Assembly (NCBI GenBank): GCA_032718475.1
Contig: JAUCBJ010008351.1
Location: 1-57,027, forward strand
DNA length: 57,027 bases
Direction of reading: 5' to 3'
Source of the DNA: Nemertoderma westbladi
Taxonomy: Eukaryota > Animalia > Xenacoelomorpha
This document shows positions 13,085 through 24,345 of this stretch, one piece after another; the first letter of the stretch is position 1; each line of letters starts with the position of its first letter. The notes below the pieces were generated by a model. The model saw nothing but the letters and a program-made list of their open reading frames with translations, was not told where the DNA came from and made no database searches. Position numbers and translations under genes: made by a program.

Positions 13085-13929
13085 ATTCCAGTCGTATGCC
13101 TAATATGTCTTCCATTGATGGTAGTGGTAGAGAGCAGGGGAAGACCTATGTCGTATTCAGGAATATTCAGAAATACGATCTCAGTTCTCAGTTGGAGGCT
13201 TCAAACGTTCGAAGACTATCTCCAAATGAATTTATCCCTAGTGTGAGGGAGGTGAACAACCAGATTTATGACACATAATGGTACCAGTTGTTCATAGACT
13301 GTCTACGTATCCTTTCAGTCCTTGAATCACGGTCGTGGACTTGAGGAAATTAGGAAGTAGTTGATTTTCTAATCAAATCAACAACAATGGTGGAAGTTGA
13401 TATCATAAATATCAACAGAATGGTACATGGATAGGAGGTGCGGACACCAATATTAGCATACAAATAAACAGTAAAGGGTGGAGGTTGATATTATACATAT
13501 CAACAGAATATGACACGGGCAAGAGGTGCGGACACCAATATGAGCATCCAGATTAACAGTAAAGTGTGGGAGGTTTAGTAAGAGGAGGTATGATCGATAC
13601 CACAATACCAGTATGATTGGTCGATCGTTTCCCAAAGATCCGAGAGCGTTGGGAAGAGGAGGTGTGACAAAGTGTTATATTTTCAACAGCGATGTATAGA
13701 GGGATAAAGGGAGTAAAGAGGAGGGAGGATATATGGGAGTACCATCAGATACCACAATGGACATGTTTCCGTCACATCATCATTCATTCTTGCCCTTTAA
13801 TTGTGACACTGATCACAATAATTACAGGAAAACGATGAAGGAAGAGAAAATTACAGCCTCCCGAAGGAGACCGCCCGCGAGCACCCGTGCCCCGGGGAAA
13901 ACTATTCACATCATGGACCCTGGACATTA

Positions 13930-14366
13930 ACCCATGTCTCTTCTCCAGTGTTTTCCTCTATTTGTCTTTACAAGCTTTCTTCCACGTTCTATCTTTCGAG
14001 TTGTTTTCGAATAGAATTCTCGTGTTCCATTCTCGGTTCATCATGCCGACTCCGCTGGGTATGATATTTAAATAGAACCATTTCCCTCTCTGTATCCACA
14101 TCGTCCGTGTCATGTAAATCGATAGGATGGCCGGTAGTTAAGAAGTCCATATACGTACCATTACGATGCGTATAGCGAGCGGTTAATTTTCGATAGTCCA
14201 ATTCACGCGTAAGTTGCTCTTGGGACATCGGTGGTTCGATATAACGACCATCGTCCTCCGTAATGGTTGGATCGGCTTCACCGCGTATCAAGCTATCCAC
14301 AAATGCTTGTAAAGGTAGAGTATATCGCTCCCTGATACCAAGATCATCTTCTATCAACTCCGTCAT
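13930..14366 (-). pseudogene. Decayed ORF of unknown function inside E1 (125-aa open part at 13989-14366)
   Basis: ATG-initiated ORF with protein-like composition. In-frame read-through of the stop gives NVEESL*RQIEENTGEE, weakly like LDERLQRQAEENLIEE in the E2 accessory ORF. Confidence 0.4.
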
Positions 14367-15198
14367 ATCTGCTATCTGAGTTTATTAAGATTATAATGAG
14401 TTTATGTTTAGGCGAGCGGGCGTCGCTGCCTACTTTTCTTTGCCCCCGGACAGTGGGATTCTCAGCGCCGATGTACCGTCGTCGCGGTGTTTACGCCAAC
14501 ATGTAGCAACAGCACGACAACGATAACCAGCACAAGTCACTCCACTGTCCGTCCCAAAGGCTTGGATCCACTTAGGTTCTTTCTATAGGAGAGTTGGGCT
14601 ACTTTCACAATTGCGACTAGCTACTGTAAACACACTTTAGCAGTAACATTCACCTATAAACGCACAAATTCCACACAACTGCCACCAATTGTACACATAC
14701 AGGCCATTTGTCCGTTAGTCAGTGCCTTCCAGAATGTCACGTTATTACTGTGTATCCTTGGATACTAGCAGTGTGCTATATTCTCTATGCCATGCAATGG
14801 GACAAGCTTTCTATTGTTCTTTTAACTTGCTTCTAATTCTAGCGTGGGTGTTGCTATGGTGACATTATGGAATGCTAGCGGTAGAATTAGGGTAATTCTC
14901 ATGCATACAGATCTGGGATGCTATTTAATAATAATTCTTTAATTGTCAATATTCTCTTTATGCATGATTTTATTATTTTTATCGGCTATTGACTATATGT
15001 TGGAGATTCTCGCACTCTAATACACTCAATAGGATGAATCTCCGCTCCCATGATCTATTAATTAATGGAATTTTGGGAATATTATAAATTGTACAAAATG
15101 ACAATTTATGAAATTCATTTTAAAATATGAATTTAAATTTATTCCCGTGAATTTTATTATTATTGACACATTATTATGTTAAAATTGACACAATTTGA

Positions 15199-15480
15199 TT
15201 CCAGAGCAGGTCTGGGGACATAGGATCCTTAATTCTATGAAAATTGTCTTTTAAGAGTATCGGTAAGTGCTGCGATATCTTAATTGACTAGAAATTTTAA
15301 AGGATCTGAATTTTACAGATTTTAATAAATATTAAATTAATATTTAAGATGGGCACCGATTTATTCCAGAACTTGTCTGGGGACGTTAACCTCTGATTCT
15401 AGAATTTGTCTTTCAAGTATATCGGTGGGTGCCGCGATATCTTAATCGACTAGAATTACAGATGGTCAAAAGGTTTAACA
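15199..15480. repeat. Imperfect direct duplication (~165 bp period) in the E1 non-coding region
   Basis: TTCCAGA..GTCTGGGGAC...TATCGGT..GTGC.GCGATATCTTAAT.GACTAGAA occurs twice. Confidence 0.7.
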
Positions 15481-16006
15481 GATTTATTTGCATTTTACGC
15501 TACTGTTAGAGGGACATCACGCTACTATATGTATTATTTAATATAAGGTAGAAGAGCAATATCGCACGAAGCAATGTCAGTGTGAAGAGGCAAGTCGTTT
15601 CCAAGGTCTACCCAGAGCTTGGTTTAGCCGAGACACGAGGATCTGAACTTTGCATTCCTAATACTCTGCCTACCAATAATACTTGAATATAGTAGTGGCT
15701 TTATTGTACTTTAATAAGTACGGACATTTCATCTTACTGTAGTCACGTATTTATAATATGATACGGACAGTAAGGAAAGAAAAAAATAATTATTTCTCGC
15801 CGTCGCACTAAATATATATTATAAGTAATTACGTACGTAATAAACACTAATATATTGCACTAATCTACTAAATAATCACTAAAATAACATTCTACTAAAT
15901 AAAATTAAAGAAAACGATTATAATAAAATTACATAATAATACATACATAAATATAAAATAAAAACAAATATAAAATGATATAGTCACACGCCCACTCCAT
16001 ATGTTA

Positions 16007-18250
16007 TTACGTTATGGAGTCCCTAGATATTTGTCGGATTAGGGAAGTGGTCGTAGGAAGAGTATCTTGCCTTCCATAGTTTCCGGACAGTTTTCGGTCT
16101 CTTTCCAGTAAACATAAACGACTAGCTGGGCGATTGAGTTGTTGTGTTACTTTCTCCGCTCCCTTGGCCTGTCTAATTTCTGCCGTGGTAAGATGAGGAG
16201 GCCATTCTTCTTCTTCTTTACTTAAGGAGTCGGATCCACCTAACCAGCCTGGAGTATCTATCAGTTCTTGAGGAGTTGCTCCTCTGGAAGCGATGTCGGC
16301 TGGATTAATCGTCCCAAGGCAATGTCTCCATTGATCTACATTGGAGTTAATATCGTCATTATCTGAGGAGTATGGTGTTCCCTCAGTTGGATCGTCCACA
16401 TCACTGCTCTCCACTTCCCATTCCTTTACTTGGTATACCTGTTGTTGAGGTAATCTCTCTTTGAGAGTTCTACGGGAAGGGCCAGTGAAGTACCAACCTA
16501 CTCTAGTTCTTACCGCATAGGTTTGTAGTGGCTGCGGTTGAGCAGGCCGTTTCTCCAATGTCTCGAGCGCCTCATGCGCGTTTTGGCCGATGAGTATTTG
16601 CACTCCAGGATAATCTGTCTGGAATCGAGGTATCTTAAGATGTTGGATGCTCTCATCCTCGTCCCAATTATAAAGGTCTGCTTGGGTAGTAGCGAAGTTC
16701 TTTATAGCCACCATTTTTACCGACCTTATACCTTGTGCTCCTAATTTATCCTGGGGGGTGGACAACACACCTACATAGTAGTCTGCCGTTAGGGTAGATT
16801 TCCAAACCTGCATAATTCCTGACATATTCAATTTAGTCCGGAACTTGGGTTGTCCAGCAAAGATATCTTCGGCTAGTTCTTGATCGATGAATGTTCCTGT
16901 GCTGCCGGAGTCAAGGAGGGTGTTCACTATGTAACTTTTGTTAAGACCGTGAACTCTTACCTGCACTACAGGAAATTCTCTGATTCCTACGTTGGAAGTT
17001 GGAGCTTTCCAAGATGGTTGTTTGGCAAAAGTAGTTGGGGGAAACTCATTGTTGGTGTCCTTTTCATAAGTAAGTGCTCGATACACTGCGGTATTGATTA
17101 GATAACAGGATTCGTTGGCGTCGGAGAATTCGTCAGTATAGAATCCTTCCATCTCAGATTCTTGATCAGTGTCGTTTACATCACTGAATTGGACATGTAG
17201 TTCGGGCTCACTTACCTGACTCAGTTTGTCTCGTTCGAACTCACTGTGTAACAAGATGTGATGTTTCGCGCCACACTTTGCACACTTTATGTCGGAGTAA
17301 CAGGTTCGCCATTGGTGTCCTGATCTGAGGCAATTATAGCATAACCGCTTATTCCACAGGACTGTACGTCTGTCTACAAGGGATTTCTTTAGAAATTCAG
17401 CACACGCACTCAAACGGTGGGGCCCGTCGCACAGCGCACATTTTGGTTTGATGTCACTCACTTTACCTTGGGTAACGTTATGCACTCTCGTTCTTTCTTC
17501 GGGCTTTCTTCCGTGAATTCTCTTAGGAGACGTAGGAGGAGTTGTTGTTACCTGTTCTCTCCTATCGTTGGTTCGAGACTTATATTTACTTACGTCTTTA
17601 TAGGTCTTGTTGTCATAGTAAGATTTTGCTGTGTCTTTCCCGCTGTCCTCTTCTTGAGAAGCTTGGCTTTCGCCGTCGTCAGTATAACACACTGGTATTA
17701 TCCTTCTCCTAGAAACGGGTTTCTCACTTACCTTATTTTCCGATGTTTTCTCTCTGGACTGCTTTATGAGTTGTAATTTTACTTCACTATCTAAGAAGGA
17801 CATGAGATCAGCCATGGTAGGACTTCGTCGTTGTTGTTCATTCATGTACAACACTTTCTTGTCCCAGCGTGTACATACTCCACCCTTTGGTAAAGTAGAG
17901 ACTACGGCTCCAATAACCATGGAACTCTGATATTCATGAGACTTACCTAACCAGTCCAATTGTCTACAGATCTCTTGAATTTCATCGGAAAACTCTATAA
18001 TCCCGCTACTAAGGAAGTGTCGGGGGGCTACTAATTTTGCATACAAATACTTAGCTATGTTATCCTTGTTACCATACCTGATGTTTAATGTATCCCAAAC
18101 TTGTCTTAATCCTTCTGGATGTCCAATAAACTTTAACGCCATTAACTTGGGAGGTCCTTCCAAGCACTTGATGAGGAACCTAAGTTTCTCTCCGTTAGAT
18201 AGTACAGAGTTTTGTATGCTATCTTTGTAATATTCGTTGAAAGAAATAGA
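16007..18250 (-). CDS. gag-pro: E1 Gag C-terminal half + aspartic protease + in-frame remnants of RNase H and the integrase tail
   Basis: DUF1759-like LSNGEKLRFLIKCLEG. Knuckles CALCDGPHRLSAC, CYNCLRSGHQWRTC and CAKCGAKHHILLH. Protease LLDSGS. Then WRHCLGTINPADIASRG and RPASRLCLLE, with no YVDD or DDE region between. Confidence 0.9.
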   Translation of the reverse strand, partial: SISFNEYYKDSIQNSVLSNGEKLRFLIKCLEGPPKLMALKFIGHPEGLRQVWDTLNIRYGNKDNIAKYLYAKLVAPRHFLSSGIIEFSDEIQEICRQLDWLGKSHEYQSSMVIGAVVSTLPKGGVCTRWDKKVLYMNEQQRRSPTMADLMSFLDSEVKLQLIKQSREKTSENKVSEKPVSRRRIIPVCYTDDGESQASQEEDSGKDTAKSYYDNKTYKDVSKYKSRTNDRREQVTTTPPTSPKRIHGRKPEERTRVHNVTQGKVSDIKPKCALCDGPHRLSACAEFLKKSLVDRRTVLWNKRLCYNCLRSGHQWRTCYSDIKCAKCGAKHHILLHSEFERDKLSQVSEPELHVQFSDVNDTDQESEMEGFYTDEFSDANESCYLINTAVYRALTYEKDTNNEFPPTTFAKQPSWKAPTSNVGIREFPVVQVRVHGLNKSYIVNTLLDSGSTGTFIDQELAEDIFAGQPKFRTKLNMSGIMQVWKSTLTADYYVGVLSTPQDKLGAQGIRSVKMVAIKNFATTQADLYNWDEDESIQHLKIPRFQTDYPGVQILIGQNAHEALETLEKRPAQPQPLQTYAVRTRVGWYFTGPSRRTLKERLPQQQVYQVKEWEVESSDVDDPTEGTPYSSDNDDINSNVDQWRHCLGTINPADIASRGATPQELIDTPGWLGGSDSLSKEEEEWPPHLTTAEIRQAKGAEKVTQQLNRPASRLCLLERDRKLSGNYGRQDTLPTTTSLIRQISRDSIT

Positions 18251-20604
18251 CGTTGGAAGAAATAAACGTTGAATTTGACGATCTCTCCCACTTTGACCGC
18301 TTGGCGGGCTTCTGTTCTAGCCATCTGACGCGTAAAGCTTTCTTGGGCCATCGTGTTATTTAATATCGAATTATCGGTATATAAATTTCCTGGATTATTA
18401 GCAGGTCTATAGGGAATATCATTAACAACAGGTTTATAATCACCCTTAATAGGGTTTGCTATAGGAGTTTCTACTTCACTAGCAGTATAGATGCGTGTAG
18501 GCTCCACACCTTGCGCATGTAATACTTCAGACCTAACAGGTTGACACAATGTTACAGGGGGTATTGGTATGCCCTTTTGGATATTGACTAATTTGTCGCG
18601 TTCTAGGGCGATACTTTGCTGCACTTCTTGCAACTCTGCTATACCTTCCCTTACTGTTCCCTTAAGTTGGTGGACAGTCTCCTGCATCTGTCCGAGCAGG
18701 AGATTCATCCCCCGCCGTCCCTCCTCTACCCACTCGACCGCCGAAGCGGGAGTCGCCAACATTGTAGCGGGCCGACGCTGGACGACGGGAGACAAATCTT
18801 TGATTTCTCTCTCTGCTATCAGGACAGGGATATTCTCTTGGACTGTTCTACCGGGTACAGGCAGTGTAGTACTATGTAAAGGGAATTTAGAGTTAAGCTC
18901 TGTAAGTACAGGGGTCTCTAACACAGAAGTGACTTTGGGAACGACAGGCCTAATTATTTCAGGCTCATCAACTATTGTAGGGAGTCTTTTGACCTGAATA
19001 GTTTGGTATGCGGGTTCCATACTACCTAAGTCTGTGCTAGCTAACTGTCTTCTAACAGCTGGGGGCAAATCAGGCAATTTGTGACGGTGAGATATTTTTC
19101 TACGCCTGCTTAGACAAGATCTATTTCCTCCGCCTTCAGGATCGGTGGTTTCGCTTTCCTCCGATGATGTGTATCCCTGGCGTTTGGGAGTAGATCGTCT
19201 CATCATCTGCATTTGACTAGCAGTTAACTGTTTATTTATGTTATCTTGCGTCTCTTGCAGATTTTCCAACTCCAGTTGGGTAGTCTGCTCAGAGGCTCTC
19301 CGTTCTGCTTCTGCCACTGCCTTTGCTGCTTTTCTTTCTGCTTCTGCTTCTGCCGCCGCTGCCTTTCTTTCTGCTTCTGCTTCTGCCGCCGCTGCCTTTC
19401 TTTCTACTTCTGCTTCTGCCATAGCCGCCGCCCTTTGTTCCTCTATCCGTCTTTTCTTTACTCGTTCTTCTTGGACTCTAGCGAGGCGGAGTTTTTCATC
19501 AAATTCTGCTTGGTTAGCAGCTAACATTTCAGCATCGATTGAGTCTAACACACGTTGGGTTCCTTCACTATTAGGGGAAAGTCCAGACAGTCGTCTCCTC
19601 AACTCTTCGTCTCCTAGGAATCGCTGATAGTCGGACAGATAAATGTCTATGGCGTCTCTCGTTCGTGGTCTCTCGGCGGTCTCTTCGCCTTCCACTTGAG
19701 GAAGGATGGCATCGGTTGGTTCTTCATAGGTTAGTCTCTCAGACAGCTGGGATTTCCACTGGTCCGTTTCTTGTACTTTGAGACCTACCCGCTGGAACCA
19801 AGTTTTGACAGCAACCTGCAGCGACGTGTCCTGTCTTCTTTTGGAAGTTTCCTCAAAGGCTGATAGGATTAGTCGAATGCGTAGGGTTCTTTCGCGTACT
19901 TGGTATAGCAGTTCTTCTTGCTCTTGAGGTCCTTGGGGTTGTCGAAACAGTTGTTCTTCTAATCGCTCTAAGGAGCCGAAGAATCCCTGCACATATCCTG
20001 CTGCCGACCTCTTCCAAACAGCTGGATCCATCGTATCTTTAGCCACTCCCATCCTGTGTATATCTTCCCAAGTAGCCTCGGACAGATCTAACGGGAGTCC
20101 GGGTCCGGGAAAGTTCCATTGTGACTCGACAATAGACATCAATTCTTCCCTGGTGTATCCCGCATAATTATCTTGGGTCGCTCGCTTATTTCTCGCCCAG
20201 TCGGCTTGATGTTCCTCCACCGCAATGAATATAGTAGTTAGCACTGCGGCAGGAAGGGTGAGAAGGGGGTCCGAGTAGGCTGTAGCCACCATCTGCACTC
20301 CGCGTTCGGGGGTCAGCTCTACAGTATCCGAACTACTGGAGCTATCGGGTCGCTGGGAACTAGGTTCTTGACCAAGATGTTGCTGCGATAGGACAGCTGC
20401 CTCTTGGTTCCGTTTGACCTGGGCCCGAGTGCCTATGATGGACCTATGGTGGATTAGCCTAGGGTCTGATACTAGTGGAGGGATGACCTTTCTTGCAGTA
20501 GGAGGTAAACTGAACTCCTTTCTTAATCGCTCCACACTCCTATCTGTGTCACAGATGGTTGTATCGATTAGACTGTCTGACAGGTTTTGCTGAGTGTCAG
20601 ACAT
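18142..20604 (-). CDS. gag: E1 Gag N-terminal half with coiled-coil/Ala-Glu repeats; frameshifted at ~18235-18272
   Basis: 820-aa ORF after a 2.2 kb leader, with (AEAEAERKAAA)n repeats. It joins the next ORF across an imperfect 16-nt tandem duplication. Confidence 0.85.
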   Translation of the reverse strand: MSDTQQNLSDSLIDTTICDTDRSVERLRKEFSLPPTARKVIPPLVSDPRLIHHRSIIGTRAQVKRNQEAAVLSQQHLGQEPSSQRPDSSSSSDTVELTPERGVQMVATAYSDPLLTLPAAVLTTIFIAVEEHQADWARNKRATQDNYAGYTREELMSIVESQWNFPGPGLPLDLSEATWEDIHRMGVAKDTMDPAVWKRSAAGYVQGFFGSLERLEEQLFRQPQGPQEQEELLYQVRERTLRIRLILSAFEETSKRRQDTSLQVAVKTWFQRVGLKVQETDQWKSQLSERLTYEEPTDAILPQVEGEETAERPRTRDAIDIYLSDYQRFLGDEELRRRLSGLSPNSEGTQRVLDSIDAEMLAANQAEFDEKLRLARVQEERVKKRRIEEQRAAAMAEAEVERKAAAAEAEAERKAAAAEAEAERKAAKAVAEAERRASEQTTQLELENLQETQDNINKQLTASQMQMMRRSTPKRQGYTSSEESETTDPEGGGNRSCLSRRRKISHRHKLPDLPPAVRRQLASTDLGSMEPAYQTIQVKRLPTIVDEPEIIRPVVPKVTSVLETPVLTELNSKFPLHSTTLPVPGRTVQENIPVLIAEREIKDLSPVVQRRPATMLATPASAVEWVEEGRRGMNLLLGQMQETVHQLKGTVREGIAELQEVQQSIALERDKLVNIQKGIPIPPVTLCQPVRSEVLHAQGVEPTRIYTASEVETPIANPIKGDYKPVVNDIPYRPANNPGNLYTDNSILNNTMAQESFTRQMARTEARQAVKVGEIVKFNVYFFQRLFLSTNITKIAYKTLYYLTERNLGSSSSAWKDLPS

Positions 20605-21939
20605 GTTTAGCTATACAGTTGAATGTCTACTGCTATATTTTCAGTTAAAGCAAGTCTAGTAATTCAGTATAACCGTTCGCCTAGTACCGTTAATTTATTA
20701 CAGTATATTAGAATACCGGTATACACTTATAGTATATATAAGTATTGTAAACTAGGTTTGTCACAGGGTACCGGTATATAAATTTAGCACAAATATATAT
20801 AAATATATAATAGGCCTATCGTGAATACCGGTATACAGCTTGCACTTATAGTATATATAAGTATAATTATGAACTAGAATTAATCACAGAATACCGGTAT
20901 GATTTTAGCTCAAATTTATAGAAATAAATATAATAAGCCTATGGTAAATACCGGTATGTCAATTATTTTAAAATAATTGAATTTCTGAATATTTTAGGGT
21001 TACTTGGTTACTTTAACTTACTTTATTACCGTTATTTAAGCAGTAGTCCAACTGATATTGAGACCTAGTTGTTGTATGGCAGGCCTACTATTTATAAATC
21101 GTTTGAGTTGATTTATAATATTTATATACCCGTTTAAAAGGGGTTTTGTCAATATTTGAAATAAATGTTATTATTTCTGGGTTTCACTACACAGAAGCTG
21201 TACGCTCTCAGTGAAGTGCTATTTATTGGACACTAAAACAGATAATTCTAATTTACCTAAGTTACTTAATACTACAAATTACTTATGATATGGTGAGATT
21301 AATTCTCTACTTAAAACAACAAAAAATATTACGTACGAAATTTTTAGGGTAATTTTACAGGAAGTCTACAAACCAGCCTAACAAAGGGTTAGAATTCTGG
21401 TTATTACAACAGACAGGATACTACGGTATTTGAGAATAATAAGTAGTAGTAAATATATTGCACTGTCCAGATAGGAAAATACCACCGCCTGACGACCTAT
21501 AGCCGTATCGCTATAGGTACTACGTTATGTATCACGGAGTGTTCCTACCTAGAAGTTAATAGAGCTAACGAATGTGCCTATCAACCACTTTACAACACAA
21601 ATATACTGCCTACACACTAATTACTTTCGGAAAGCACTGTACACTAAACCCTAAATTAGGTACAAGTACTGGTACAACAAATAATCAGTAGTTAAATATA
21701 CTTTAACAGTTAAAAGAACCACGGCATCTGCTGGAGTGACCGGAGCACAAAGTCACCAGTCTTGTCCTACGCCAAGCAGCCCGTGTAGTACCGGGGTTAA
21801 TTTAACTATAACGGTATGTATAACAAGCACAATTACTGTAGGAATAAACTTGGGGACATGAATGTTGCGAATAATCGCATAAACTCTGAATAATAAATAT
21901 TACGCTACCCGTACAGAATACTCAAACAAATACAAACCA

Positions 21940-22465
21940 AAACGCTGGCAGACTACCACCAAGTCTAAATAAACTACCGTACGTGTAGATTCTGAAATGG
22001 TTAGTTAGTATGCGTTCTAACACGGTAGTACGACTTATTCTTTAAGAGGGGATTGACCTTACAGCTATGGCTGCCCCAACTTACTAACGGCACTTTATCA
22101 GACAAACTCTACACACGCAGCAATCTCTTCAGTACTAATAATAGCTAGACAACAATCCAGCCTACAAAATATCTGAGTAATAACTATTACGGTACCTGAA
22201 CAGATCACACAAACAAACACAGGCTAAAACGCTGACAGACTACGATCAAGCTTAAATAAACCACAGTATATGCAGATTCTGAAATGGTTAGTTAGTATGC
22301 GTTCTAACACGGTAGTACGACTTATTCTTTAAGAGGGGATTGACCTTACAGCTATGGCTTCCCCAACTTACTAACGGCACTTTATCAGACAAACTCTACA
22401 CACGCCGCAATCTCTCCAAACCCAACAACAGTCAGACAGCAGCTCAGCCTACAATTATCTGAACA
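21940..22465. repeat. ~287-bp direct duplication in the E1 5' leader (also present in E3 at ~54610-55130)
   Basis: AGATTCTGAAATGGTTAGTTAGTATGCGTTCTAACACGG...CAATCTCT occurs twice. Confidence 0.9.
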
Positions 22466-22818
22466 ATCTGAGCAGACTTACACGTCTTCAGCTCAATATT
22501 AACTTACTAGGAAATAAAACCGACAGAAATAGGTAAAATCTCAATAAAAAACCAGGGCTGCAGTCCCTGATTAAATACTAAGACCTACCGGTATACAATA
22601 ATCAAAATCGAATAATACTAATGTACTTATACTGGAAGTACCGGTTAGGACAGTTGGGCCTACAGAAGTACCGGTTCTGGCAGTTGGACCTACGGACCTA
22701 CAGCAGTACTGGTTCTGGCAGTTGGGCCTACTGACCTACAGAAGTACCGGTTCAGGTTTACCGGTCAGCCGGTACTTTCAACTTTATTGGTTACTGCAAT
22801 AAAGTCAATAACTGTTAT

Positions 22819-24075
22819 TGTACGCGCTTTTGGAAGACCTTTAGCAGTTTAACCTGCCAAAATTTATATGTCTTTTGGTTTATAAATATACTTTAGAAGA
22901 TGACAAATATTTAATACCAATAAACACAACATTAGCAGAAGCCAGCCTAGTGCGCGTCCATTCACCCGCTGGATATTCCCGGGAGACTGGATTCTGAGGG
23001 CTTAGATTATTATTGCAGTGAAACCTACTGTATTATTCGATTGATCGTTAATAAATAATTTCTGACTAATATTATTCACTTTCGGGAAATATTAACAGTT
23101 CCTTTAGGACGTGGCGCTCTATCTAAGTAAACAGAGATATGACTTACACTAATCACAACGGTAAGTCGGTAAGGCTTATGATTCACGTATGAGGCGCATT
23201 CTTTAGGAAATGCTTAGTTATCAGTCACAATCATGCACACTACCGGCAACACACAATACTGCTCACTAATTTGCCGACTGTCAATGAATTTTATCATATA
23301 TAGAGAGAACAGCAACGGACCAATGTAGTGCTTATCAAATAGCATTAAATTCACTACAAACCACAATAATATAAGTCGCAATCGCTATATATAACCCGTC
23401 TCTCTAACCTGTAGTGTATCAAGAAAATTGGGAAATTTGGGTTCTTTATAGATGTTCTCCAAATAATATTCAACCAAAACACAACAGTAAACAGCATTAA
23501 GACAGTAGGTTAAGATATGATATGACAACAACACAAGTAATGATATGTGATATATGACATAGACTGGACTGATAACAGTTATACGCTCTATAATCTTGAG
23601 CCTACTAATGTTTCTTCTAAAGTATGAAAACGAGTTGACTCTAGAGCCAGTGTTCCTGGCCTAGATAGCAACAACACAACAGTATCACAAAAAACAGTAA
23701 GACTGAACGCTCTAGCATGATCTGCCCAAAAGCTCCACATCTACAGAAAAAATCGCCCTGATTGGTCAACCGAACCATGAGAGAACAAAGAAACAAAGAA
23801 ATGTCGACGTGGCAATATCAGCTGTTAGCCGTCGTCATGGTAGCGACACTGTTTTCAAGAGTATCTAGCTTATCACTCACGAGATTGCGGATTATGTCCT
23901 CTAAAGTACAAATCTAGAAGAATGACTTTTATGTCCGTTAAAACACCTATAATGGTACCTTGCGGGCGAGGGGAATATATATATAGTTAGAGAGCCTTTT
24001 AGAGTATTCCAGCGCCTGGGGGGAAACTGGATTGCAAAGCAAAGGGGCCAGTTATATCCCACAGAAGCTTTTACA
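22819..24075 (-). repeat. E1 5' LTR
   Basis: Direct repeat of 9973-11230, followed by the TSD CCTTT. Confidence 0.95.
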
Positions 24076-24094
24076 CCTTTTTTAGAGTTTTTTA

Positions 24095-24345
24095 ATTTTT
24101 TTGGTATTGGTGAAAGTTCTACAACATTAGTAGATATGTTTTTTATGATAGCTAGTGTTTTTTTGCTAGCTAGTATTTTTTGAAATTATAAAAAATGTGA
24201 AAGTCCATGATATTTCAGGTTAAACTGTTGAAGAATATATTAATGACCAAAATAATTTCCAAAAATTACTAGCTAGTAAAAAATACTAGCTATATACCAT
24301 AAAAAATCTACTAAGGCTCTAGAACATTCACTAATATAAAAAAGC
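24095..24345. repeat. Imperfect palindrome (MITE-like remnant)
   Basis: TATTGGTGAAAGTTCTA..TTAGTAGAT pairs with ATCTACTAA..TAGAACATTCACTAATA; TAGCTAGTATTTTT pairs with AAAAATACTAGCTA. Confidence 0.55.

Larger units (their letters stand above)
9973..24075 (-). mobile_element. E1: BEL/Pao LTR retrotransposon, full boundaries, internally deleted pol (non-autonomous)
   Basis: Two ~1.26 kb TG..CA LTRs, 5-bp TSD CCTTT (9968-9972 and 24076-24080), BEL-type triple zinc knuckle Gag, protease and an NPADIASRG remnant. Confidence 0.95.
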
